DNA of 64,000 nt, taken from Laetmonice hystrix. Its lineage: Eukaryota. A program made the translations under genes and the position numbers. Below the pieces are notes generated by a model. It did not search any database. It was not told the origin of the DNA and saw nothing but the letters and a program-made list of their open reading frames with translations. Where the stretch lies: positions 9,300,001 to 9,364,000 of the forward strand of contig OZ249440.1 of NCBI GenBank assembly GCA_965235115.1, written 5' to 3'. Of the stretch, positions 24,901 through 36,900 are shown in pieces (the first letter of the stretch is position 1; the number at the start of each line of letters is the position of its first letter).

Positions 24901-27900
24901 AGTGACAGCAATCAGACCAACCCAAAGTGATATCACCATACACGGACAGCAATCAGACCAACCCAAAGTGATATCACCATACACGGACAGCAATCAGACC
25001 AACCCAAAGTGATATCACCATACAGTGACAGCAATCAGACCAACCCAAAGTGATATCACCATACACGGACAGCAATCAGACCAACCCAAAGTGATATCAC
25101 CATACACGGACAGCAATCAGACCAACCCAAAGTGATATCACCATACAGTGACAGCAATCAGACCAACCCAAAGTGATATCACCATACAGTGACAGCAATC
25201 AGACCAACCCAAAGTGATATCACCATACAGTGACAGCAATCAGACCAACCCAAAGTGATATCACCATACAGTGACAGCAATCAGACCAACCCAAAGTGAT
25301 ATCACCATACAGTGACAGCAATCAGACCAACCCAAAGTGATATCACCATACAGTGACAGCAATCAGACCAACCCAAAGTGATATCACCATACAGTGACAG
25401 CAATCAGACCAATATATTGCAGGTAATTGTATGATGTGGAAAATGTATGTTTTATAGATGCAACCTGATAGCCCTCCACCCCACCCCGCACCCCCACCTT
25501 GATGACCCGCTGTGTGGTCCAGGCCACTACTGTTAGCGGTCAGACGATGGGTGGCCCTCTAGTGGCCACTCGGTGAACCAGAGCTCCTGGTCCAACGTCT
25601 GTTCGGTATTCGGCGTGGTGCCTGATGGTCCCACGTCGGGCCCTCTAACAGGGTCAGAGCCTGCCAGCCTGCATGCTCAACTATCCCGCCATGGACCAGT
25701 TTACTATGCTCAAACATTCGGCTTCGGGGAATGTTTGCAGATTGCCTTGTGCACATCGATGCAGGGCCTTTTTAACAAATTCTATATAAGTTAAATCAGA
25801 AATATTACCTATTAACAGGTAGCGTATGTGATTTGTAATTCTCCCTTCAAAACGGACTTCGTTAGCTGTCTCAAATTGAAAAGCTTTCCAGTGCTTAAAA
25901 AAAGAAGGCATTGCTTTGACCTGCATGTGGCAGTCGGCGTTTATAAAACCGAGTGTTTAATTTAAGGCAGCATGTTCATGTCACACGACTAGTTTCGTGT
26001 TAGCGCGGAAATAGGAAAGAAATGTGAATCTTTCAAGATCGGAAATCACTGCGACAAAGAAGATGGCTTCTTTCCGTTCGGCGCTGTGTTTTTCGTAGCA
26101 GCCACATTTACTGTCGCTTGATCTCAGTAAAGCGACGTAACTTTCAAAGTGTCAGTGCCCTACTCAAAGTAGTAAAAGTCTGAAGGCCTGAAGGTGCAGC
26201 ATGAAGCTCTCAGGACTGTACTGTAACGTCCTGCGCATGGTGTCCGATTTTCCCTGTTAGGTACCGGCGTCCGAAAGTTTAAACATCAGGGATTCACAAA
26301 AACGTGTCCGCTCCATGGGTAGGGGGTTCTCTGTAATGTTTCGGTGGCCCATCCTAACACATCAGAATTTCCCTGTAAGGTGTCCCAAACCACTGTAATG
26401 TGACAGTTTCCCAAGCCACTGTAAGGTGCCAGTGTCCTAAGCCACTGTTAGGTGTCAGTTTCCCAAACCACTGTAATGTGACAGTATCAAAAGCCACTGT
26501 AAGGTGTCAATTTCCAAAGCCACTGTAATGTATCAGTGTCCCAAACCACTGTAAGGTGTCTGTGTCCTATCTGAATCCCTCTGAACCCATTGCTAACCCC
26601 ACAGCTGCCCCTTTCCATGGAACGTTAACTACTTTCCTTCAGTGTAGACGGGCGCCCTAACTGCCTGTTCTACCATGCTTAAATCGAGTCCCTACGAGTC
26701 ATAAAGTGGAGGTCACATCATCCTAACCCAGCCCCACCAAAGCCGATTTCTCCCATTCATGTGAAGTGTTATTACAGCAGTGTGGTGCGGTGGCGAGGTT
26801 GCCGGAACGTTACATGTTCAACCGCTCCGTTGGATTCGATCTAAAAAAATGTAGGCGCAGGTCTGGGCAAAGGGACTTCAGAGGTACCGCCTGACTGTGG
26901 GCAATGGGTAGCGGCCTGAGCCATTCGCGCGGGCAAATTGTCCGGGACAGAGAGGTAAATAGTGAAATTAGAGGCGTGGAGATAGACTCTGTATGCGGGC
27001 GGCCTCCTTTGATGTCATCCTGAGGCCTCGTAGACGATCTTTCTGAGGGACTCATCCCCGACTGTTTGCATGACCTGTCCGACTTTGTCACGGTCCATTA
27101 GGGGTGCCTGCTGTACTTGGGCCTAGAGGGGAGTGTCAGCAAAACTAAGGGTTACTATACAGAAACGGGAAGAAGATAGAGAAAAGATGGTTAGATGTCT
27201 TAGAGAGGGCATTCTGGTTTGAGGGGTCTGTTTAAACGTAAAGGCAGGAGTGGTTGCGAGTTGGAGGGTTAACTTTGTGTTTGCTGAGATGTTGAGGATG
27301 AGGAAGCATCAGTTTGGGCGCGGGGAGGGTTAGAAGGGAGGGCACTGTCGCAGGGCCCGTCACTGATGCCTTTTGTCATGGATCGGTGCTCCATTCCCTT
27401 CCACCACCGACCTGACTTTCTCCTAGGTCATTTCGCAGACGCGTGGTTTTTCCTCCGAGGATCACAGCCCATCGATCTGTATTTTTCCGCTCGACCTGCT
27501 GACCGTGGGAGTGACTGGCTGTGGTGGTCAAGGCGGGGGAGGGGGGATCTGAGCAGTGACCGGTGGCCGCCTGAGGTGTTTGGGTGTACTGACCCGAGAA
27601 AGGAGGACAACCGCCAGGAGCGAGCGGCTGAGGTCCTCCATGATCGTACGTTGGCGAGCCCAGAGTCACTGTTTCACTGACAACGAATTCATGAGCTGCA
27701 TCAAAGTCGGACGACTATCAGCCGACGACCAAATCTTTGGCATATTGTGGAGAGTGAAAGCTGCATGGTGTAGAGCTCGTGAATGTAAAGCTTGCTCGAT
27801 GTCGTCAAGCTACATCAGAACAATTCAGTACACGATGGGTTTATATTGACTTCTCAACATTTTCTTGCATTCTGCTGTATTATGTTGGCTTGTATAGGAC

Positions 27901-30900
27901 ATTGTCTAGGCAAGCTTGGCGGTAAGACATTGCCTGGACAAGCTTGACGGTAGGACTTTGCCTGGACAAGCTTGACGGTAAGACATTGCCTGGACAAGCT
28001 TGGCGGTAAGACATTGCCTGGACAAGCTTGACGGTAAGACTTTGCCTGGGCAAACTTGACGGTAAGACTTTGCCTGGACAAGCTTGACGGTAAGACATTG
28101 TCTGGGCAAGCTTGACGGTAAGACTTTGCCTGGACAAGCTTGACGGTAAGACATTGCCCAAGACATTGCCTGGACAAGCTTGACTGTAGACATTTGAGGG
28201 AAGAATCATGACAAAGCATCTTGCCACCTAAGTACACCGAACCATGGCTCGTACTACGTTGAATCGATGACTCTGTGTATAAACGCCAACCCAGTTAGGT
28301 CTGGGACCTCCTACCAGACGTCACTGTCAGTAGGACCTCCCACTCACACCCACTTTAAACATTGGACCTCCCGCGGACCTCCAATCAATATAGGACCTGG
28401 ACCAGCTGATGTAGGGCCGTACCAAGCTTCCTTAACTCGGACCAAGTTTAGTTCGGAGCCCAGATACCATCAGAGATTAGGACCTGTAGGACTGTACCGG
28501 GTGAGGAACCTCCCCTCCCTTCCCGCCACCCATGCCGCCGACTCGGCCATTGATTTGAACCTGACGCACGTAGATCATGTTGGACGAGAACAAGTGTCTT
28601 AGAGAAATCTGACCACCGACCCAGTATTTGCATGCCGGGGCCGTTTGGTCGGGGCCCTGTCTGGTTGCACTGTACTCTGTAAACCTTGGATCGATGGAGA
28701 CCTGCTACCCGGCAGACATGCCAAGTTTCTTCCCGTCATGAAACTGGGCAGGTTGAGGTGGGCAGGCACTGACGGGGGCCCATCCCCGACTCGCCACAGC
28801 CACTTGTATAGAGGCGGTAGGGGTTGGACTGACCTGGAGGCCAGGTCCGTTTCTGGGCGACTCCAGTGCCTGCACATCATGGTGACCTGTATCAAGTGGC
28901 CAGTCACCAGTCGATGTTCGTTATAGCATGTCTGTTTTTATTTGATCCTCGTTGAAGGTTTTTGAGTTGGAATTTGACGTATGTGAATGGGTGAGGTATG
29001 TGGATGTATACTTGTTTCCATAGCCAGGGGAGGGTTTCCATAGCCAGTGGAGGACATTAATAGGGTTAGGCCGTAGGTTTAGATTGGATAAATCGTGAAC
29101 GGTTGTAAACACATCCAATGATATCGTGTCAGGCACAGGTCCTGCAGGGACCCAGACGTAGGTCAACCACAAGGATATATTTACAGCCGACGGGAAACCC
29201 TTCATGTGACCTTGCCAAGGTCAATACAGGCGATACGAGAACCAGCCAGCCAGCCGGACAGCCACATGGCCGGCCGGAGCTGTCGGAGAGGTGGCGTGGG
29301 GCCGTAAAAATGGTCCTGGGTGAAGTAAGAGCGCCAAGTCCGGGATCAGCCCCCCGCCCCCCGTCCTGGCCCCCCCCCCCCGGACGGTCACGCCGTGTTG
29401 GCCGACGTTGGAAGAGGAGGGGGTCATTGGGAGACTGAGCCTACTGGCGTGTCGGTCTGTTCTTACCCGCCCTGCTTTTCCTCTTGACTTTGTGCTGGCC
29501 TTGAGGATGTCAAGTGGTGGATTCATGAAGGGATGTTGTGAGCTGGTCTGTGTTAGCAACGCCTACACCGTCCCGCCCGCTTGTCGCCTCCAAACTGTGG
29601 GCATGTATAGCGGTTTACCTGATGTTGCCACCAGGTGGCACCGCCATCGTCAAGTTTAGAATGAATATACACTATCAGACTGGAGGTGTGTTACATTACA
29701 GACCTGATAGTCTGGAGTTAACCCCGCAGGGAAATTACACTTTTGGTTTCCGTGAAGTTGAATGAAGTATTTCACCTCAAATATTTTAGGAAACGATTTT
29801 GTTGGAGGCGGTGAGTGTACAGCGCTTGGTGAAGCAGACCTTTTGGCAACAATGACATAGAGAAAGCCCCCCCCTCCTCACGTTCCCCGCCAAGTTTTGT
29901 TTGTGGTTTGGTTTTTGCCGTGTTCAGAGAGCGTTGGGACTGAGCCGGCCGTGCCCTGGGACGTGGGGAGCCAAGGGTCCGGGATGGGTGGGAAGGACAT
30001 TGCGCCCCATGACTATAGACCGGGGTAATGGTATTCATGGTCGTAGACGGCAGGGTCCACACTGTATTATGGCGGGCCCTCGGTGCCCCTGTCCTGTCTG
30101 CATTCTATAACCCTAGTAAGTGGAGCGGGGGATAGGCTTGGGGTGTGGGGTGTGTGTGTGTGTGTGGGGGGGGGGGGGGAGGGTGTGCTATGGCTTCCTC
30201 AGTGAGGTTCATTCAGCATCGTAAATAACGAAAGTGGAGGCCGGGTACAATGAATGTATAAAACCCAAGGGGACTACTACTCCCGCATGCCACGGCCCTG
30301 TAGCCTCATACACGGGAAAAACAAGCCACAAGTTCATCATGCAAAAGTTTGGCCCTGACTTGAGTCGCCCCCCCCCCCCCTCCCACAACTCTCTGACTCC
30401 AGGCCGGGCCAGGCGTTGGCTCGTATGACGCAGCGAGAGTAGATGATCGCTAGGCTGTCTGTGGTCAAGCGGAGGCAACCAATTGTCTGACTTCAGATCA
30501 AGGGATAGAGGTGCGCAGGGGTCAAGCCCAGGGGACTGCCCGCTTGTCTCCGCTTGACCGTGTCTTGTCATAGTTTATGTTTGAGATACGTCCATACGGC
30601 GGCTGGTCAAGGGGTGGGGAGACACGCGTTGTACAATGGGTGTTTCTGTGGATATACCCCATCCACCATCTTACAGGGCTGGAGACCCTGTACTGACACA
30701 CCCCATCCACCACGTACCTTATACAGTGGTGGAGACCCAGCCACACCCCATCCACCACCTTACAGTGGTGGAGACCCATCCACACCCCATCCACCACCTT
30801 ACAGTGGTGGAGACCCACCACACCCCATCCACCACCTTACAGTGGTGAAGACCCATCCACACCCCATCCTCCACCTTACAGTGGTGGAGTCCCTGACACT

Positions 30901-33900
30901 CCACATCCACCACCTTACAGTGGTGGAGAACCTGACACACCACATCCACCACCTTACAGTGGTGGAGTCCCTGACACTCCACATCCACCACCTTACAGTG
31001 GTGAAGACCCATCCACACCCCATCCACCACCTTACAGTGGTGAAGACCCATCCACACCCCATCCTCCACCTTACAGTGGTGGAGTCCCTGACACTCCACA
31101 TCCACCACCTTACAGTGGTGGAGTCCCTGACGCTCCACATCCACCACCTTACAGTGGTGGAGAACCTGACACACCACATCCACCACCTTACAGTGGTGGA
31201 GACCCACCACACCTCATCCACCACCTTACAGTGGTGAAGACCCATCCACACCCCATCCTCCACCTTACAGTGGTGCAGGCCCTGACACTCCACATCCACC
31301 ACCTTACAGTGGTTGAGAACCTGACACACCACATCCACCACCCTATAGTCATGGTGTTTGGGACAAAAAGCATCCATTATCTTATAGAGATCCCCAGGGA
31401 TCGAGCCCGACACAACAGTGGAATTACGGCTCCCATTTCACCACTCATCTTGCCGACTACAAGCGACGATAGATTCCGGCCCCATTTATCCCCGTAGGGT
31501 TTGGTGCGGTAGTTTCTATGGCCGCGCCCGACGATCAAGGGTCGTAGGTTGGACGTTTGCCAAGGGCCTTTCTTTGCTCGCGTGCTGTTGGGGCGTGGGG
31601 CGTGGCCCTTTCCGGGGGCAAGGTCTCGCCCGTGGACAGCAATGACCAGTGGTCAGTTTGAGGGGTGTGGTCAGCCGCAAGGGGGTAGTCAGCCAGGGAG
31701 AAAGGGTGGGTGGTGGTGCCCTGTGCCCGGGCTGCCTTGTTGTTATGGGTGATGAGATGGGTTTGGTGCCGGACATGAGGGAGTCAACGAGCCTTGCGAT
31801 GACGGTCATTGGCCAAGCAATGACCGGCTACGGTTCCGGCAGACCGCGATGGTGAGCCACTCCCCCAGCCCAGGTCATCATCCAGACGGTGTACTTTGGC
31901 TAAGGAGGACACTTGCTAATTCCTTCCAAGAGCCACGGTCCTAAACCTGGCGGCAGGGGCTGGTTGTGTAAGCCGGTATAATTTGTACACAGATCGTAGC
32001 TCAACAATCGGCCCCGTCGGCCAATGATGGACCACCATTCAACGGGAATGTCCCCCGGAGGAGAAAGGCTGGGGGGCTTGGGGTCAGAACCAACCACGTC
32101 CCTAACTCGGGAGGCCATCTGGGAATAGGACAGCGCAAATCTCTGAGGCACCGGTGCAAATTGTACTCGAGGGCTCTCAGTGAGGCTTTACCAAATATGG
32201 ACCAATAAAATTATGTGCTGGTCATTTCGCGAGGACCGTCGCCAGCGAGGCAGCGCTCAGGGGGCAGTTTGGCCCTGATCACTACCATCCATTTTACTTG
32301 GCCCCGGCCCAGCGGCCACGGTACTGTCAGCTGCTATAGGTGGTCGGAGCGCTCTGTGACCAGGACATCCACAACACCCCCCATCACCACCCACGGACCC
32401 CGCCAGAATAGACCCTGTCAGGGATCTGCCAGTTTATTCCCCACCTCCCGTTCACCCCACTGATTGGAAGCCACATCTGCAAGTGGCCAGCCAAATGCTA
32501 AATTCCACCAAATAGCTGTGCTAACCAATATATATGCTGAGCAGCCATCGACCCTTATTGTGGTCTCCAAGGGCAGGGGTTGACCGTTCCACCCCCTTAC
32601 ATCCCCTTTCTTATCTAATATTGCACCCCGACACACTCGGACTATATATCACAGGGCGCTATCACAAATACCGATATCTTTCCTGATAGGGTTAGCAAAG
32701 GGAGGGAAAAAACGCGCGGAATTCCGTGTGCACTTGACTCAGCTGCTTTGATAAGTTGGTCCTTAATAAGTTCAGCTGGTTTGTCGATCTCCCTATACAA
32801 TACATCGGAACAAATCATGCCACTTTGTTTGTCTCATGAGACATGCGATGAGCTACGTCCTCCTCACAGAAGAGTTCTTTAGTTTCGGTGGAAAAAGAAG
32901 GCAAGCGAAGGACTACAAATCGTTGTTTGCTTCCTATTAGTGTAGCTGAACAGCGACATACATTCTTCAAAGTTAGTTGTGGAGGGCATCCAATAAGGGA
33001 AAGTACTGAGGTAGAGACGGCATCAAAGGAACTTGACTGTAGTCGGGGGCGAGCGAGGTGGCAATTGGTGTATTGATGCTGGTGGTATGGGGTGAGACGG
33101 TTGATGGCTCAGTTCAGGCCCAGCACTGGATGCCCAGTCCCAGCACTAACACCCAGTCCCAGCACTGAATGCCCAGTCCCAGCACTGAATGCCCAGTCCC
33201 AGCACTGAACGCCCAGTCCCAGCACTGAATGCCCAGTCCCAGCACTGAATGCCCAGTCCCAGCACTGAACGCCCAGTCCCAGCACTGAACGCCCAGTCCC
33301 AGCACTGAAGACCCAGTCCCAGCACTGAATGCCCAGTCCCAGCACTGAACGCCCAGTCCCAGCACTGAACGCCAAGTCCCAGCACTGAACGCCCAGTCCC
33401 AGCACTGAACGCCCAGTCCCAGCACTGAAGACCCAGTCCCTGCACTGAATGCCCAGTCCCAGAACTGAAGACCCAGTCCCAGCACTGAAGACCCAGTCCC
33501 AGCTCCCAGCACTGAACGCCCAGTCCCAGCACTGGATGCCCAGTCCCTGCACTGAATGCCCAGTCCCAGAACTGAAGACCCAGTCCCAGCACTGAACGCC
33601 CAGTCCCAGCACTGAACACCCAGTCCCAGCACTGAACACCCAGTCCCCCCCTGAACACCCAGTCCCAGCACTAACACCCAGTCCCAGCACTGAAGACCCA
33701 GTCCCAGCACTGAACGCCCAGTCCCAGCACTGAACACCCAGTCCCAGCACTGAACGCCCAGTCCCCCCCCCTGAACACCCAGTCCCAGCACTAACACCCA
33801 GTCCCAGCACTGAAGACCCAGTCCCAGCCCTGAACGCCCAGTCCCAGCCCTGAACGCCCAGTCCCAGCACTGGATGCCCAGTCCCAGCACTGAACGCCCA

Positions 33901-36900
33901 GTCCCAGCACTGAACGCCCAGTCCCACCACTGAACACCCAGTCCCAGCACAGAACACCCAGTCCCACCACTGAACGCCCAGTCCCAGCACTGAACACCCA
34001 GTCTCACCACTGAACACCCAGTCCCACCACTGAACGCTACCGCCAGGCCCAGCCCCAGCACAGAAAGAAAGCCGCCAAGCGAACGTTACAAATTACTAGT
34101 GTTGTGTTTTGGCTGGCGGGTTAACATTGGGATTGATCTCCCAAGGCATGGCAGGATTTAGAGCTGGACTTTAGGAAAGCGCTTCAATCCGAGCGACATC
34201 CAAAAATGCCGGAAGAAGGGAGCTCATCTGCATTAACGTTGAGGAGGGACGGCCTGTCATGCATCCCCGGATCAGTTTGAAACGGTCGTTTTAATTGGCT
34301 CCGCGTGTACTTTTGAGTGTTGTTTGAGCGAGGTTGTACTGGATGGCAGCAGAGGGGAGAAAAACGTTGAAACGAATGAGGACGGGTGGGGGATTAAGGC
34401 AGCAATGAGAACCGTATTTGGCGGAAAGCGGGCGTGATTAGTCGGACACCAACCTGACGGCTTTACCGTCTTGTTCTGCCCGGGGTGAGTTTTTTTTATC
34501 GAAGTCAAGCCTCCCCCAGGTTGGAAACAATGACATTGTTTGGCTCGCTCGGTCTGACATCAACCACGCAGCGGTCTGCCCCTGCCTCCTCCCCCGAAAC
34601 CATTATCAATAAAACAATTGTGCAGATGAAATCGGACAAGGCGGTAGCCAGACATGAAAATTGCTTTCCTCTGTGTATCCAGACATGGCAATTGGTTGCG
34701 TCGGTGCCTTCTATTCTTGCTGACTTTGCCCCGCGAACATTGGCAGGATGCTGGAAGTCCCGACGGCTCCGATCAGGTAGCTGGCTGGCTGGCGTGGTCT
34801 CGGCCAACTAATGGCAGGCTGGTTGTTTCACTACACTAAACTGGCGCGCGAACGTGAGCCTTTCCGTCCCGATCCGTCGTCCCAGCCGCTGGCGGCTGGC
34901 GGTATGGGCACAGACGGCTGACAGTGGATAGTGTCAGCCAACAGATACCAATTCCAACAAGTCAAATCGACACAAATTACCGAAACTTGCTCTGGTGACC
35001 TGCGGAGTGGGATGGGCGAGGGAAGGGATCGCCGGCGGGGAGGGGAGGGTTGGAGGAGTTGGTGGGAGGGTAATGTATTAATACACACTGGCGGAATGAA
35101 TTTATCACCTTCCATTGAATTATTGAAATATGGGAAGTCCCTCAGAAGCCTAAAGGGCTGGTCTGTCGATGCTCAAAAATAGAAGTATTTAGCAGTCCTC
35201 TAAATTAACTAAGTCGTATACGTGATTTTTTAAAAATTCATGATGGCAGTTGCATATAGGGCAAATATGCAGCTAATGGGTGTGTTCCTGTCAGAAAATG
35301 ATAACCACTAAAAAAATATCGTATGTTAAACATTTTTATCTTTGTGTTTTTCAGGATGCAGAAAATGCAATAGCTGGAATGAATGGTCAGTGGATCGGAA
35401 GTCGGGCAATACGTACAAACTGGGCATCTCGGAAACCACCTGCACCAAGCAATAAGGAGTGTAAGTTTCACATTCAGTTATACGTATAGTAGCTGTAGTC
35501 TAATGCCAAGTTGAAGCGTACCATGATAAGGAATGTAAGTTGCTCATTTAACATTGAATTATACATATACACTGGCTATGGTCCATTACAAGTGTAAATG
35601 CACCATAATAAGAACTGTAAGTTGCTCATTTAACATGGAATTATACACTGGTTATTGCCTCAGGGCCGTCACTACCGAGTTGAGGAAGTGCACCATTATA
35701 TGTGCAAGGACTATGAGATCATAATGTACGAGTGAGCAAGGACTATGAGATCATAATGTACGAGACTAAGTGAAGAATGATTGTTAGTCATTGTAATGGT
35801 TCATAACACTTGCCATAAAACGCCAGGGGGCGTAAAGGGAAAATTACCTTGTAACAAGACTGTCTTAATTTTTCTGGCCCTATTAAGAGAAGATTGGTAC
35901 TTCCATCTTCTTTTTAATGAAGAAATGTTCAACTTGTGCAGAACCACAACGAAAATATACGATTAGCCCAAAGTGGTACGAACGGCCCTGAGAAGCTGTC
36001 GAGTAAGCAAGCGGCTATTGTCTAGTAATATAGTGGCAGCCGTGCCTGCCAGGTTATCATCAACACCAATTGGAGTGAGCCGTAAGTTTAGGATCCCGAC
36101 GTATCTGTAGGGATGGCGGGAGACAAAAGGTTAGGAGGGCCTCCGTTACCACAGGGGGTCGTTAGAGCGGCCACCGCCTCCTGGTGCAAGGCAAGCAAGA
36201 TGAATTCATCCCCCCTAGAGTGTTAGGGGACTGTGTCGGCCCCGGACCTGCCCACCACGTTGGCAGACCGTCATTTGTTGGCATCAACCCCGAAAAAATC
36301 AATAGGGGGGAGGCAAAAAATTCTTAAGTCTTCCTTGTTGTTCAAAGGCTGGCGTGAATATATTAGAAGAATTTATTTCGGTAGAGTGTAAGTGAGGTGT
36401 ATTATTGATGAGCAGAAGTGAGCAGGTGAGTTTCTACACTACTTCACCTGCCGGGGTGATGTGGGCAGCCCCCAGCCCCCAGTTTGTCATTTGTCCTGGT
36501 CTCTCGTCCTGAACAAACCCCATTCTGTGCCAGTGAGATGTAGAACCTCTCATTCCGGCCACAGTCTAATGTCCCCAGAAACCCCGAGCCTCCACATTTC
36601 TCGTATGCCGTCAGAAGGTCGCCTGATGGCCTCTCGTCGACAGCCCAGTCCCTCCAGGTAGTTGGCCCCTGGCTTTCCATTACTTACACGTTGTCATTGT
36701 GTCCCGGAATAATCCCTCGCGGCCCCCTCCCACCCTCGACCATTTCCCGGGACCCCCATTAAATCCAGACGCCATGAAATAACGCCATGTGTAAAGGGCC
36801 CACATTGTCCAGCGTGACCACATCCCTCAAGTACTTGCCGCCAAATTAAGGTCATAAAACATACATCGCGAGTTAACTGTGGGTGCATTCAACCATTGGT

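Noticed and set aside
24742-25412. Regular 30-41-bp arrays superficially resembling CRISPR
   Set aside because: Units are head-to-tail with no unique spacers, no cas genes are present, and the DNA is eukaryotic.
33109-34061. Longest ORFs (302 and 315 aa, minus strand, Cys/Trp/Gly-rich)
   Set aside because: They are translations of the 20-bp minisatellite, open in several frames because the unit lacks stops. The same applies to ORFs over 6302, 8695, 9420, 24415, 27895, 30657, 36889, 43522 and 60938.
36348-36425. Stop-containing pseudo-exon with strong CAG|GTGAGT donor
   Set aside because: Weak AAG acceptor and no U-rich tract after the donor; indistinguishable from chance pseudo-exons.
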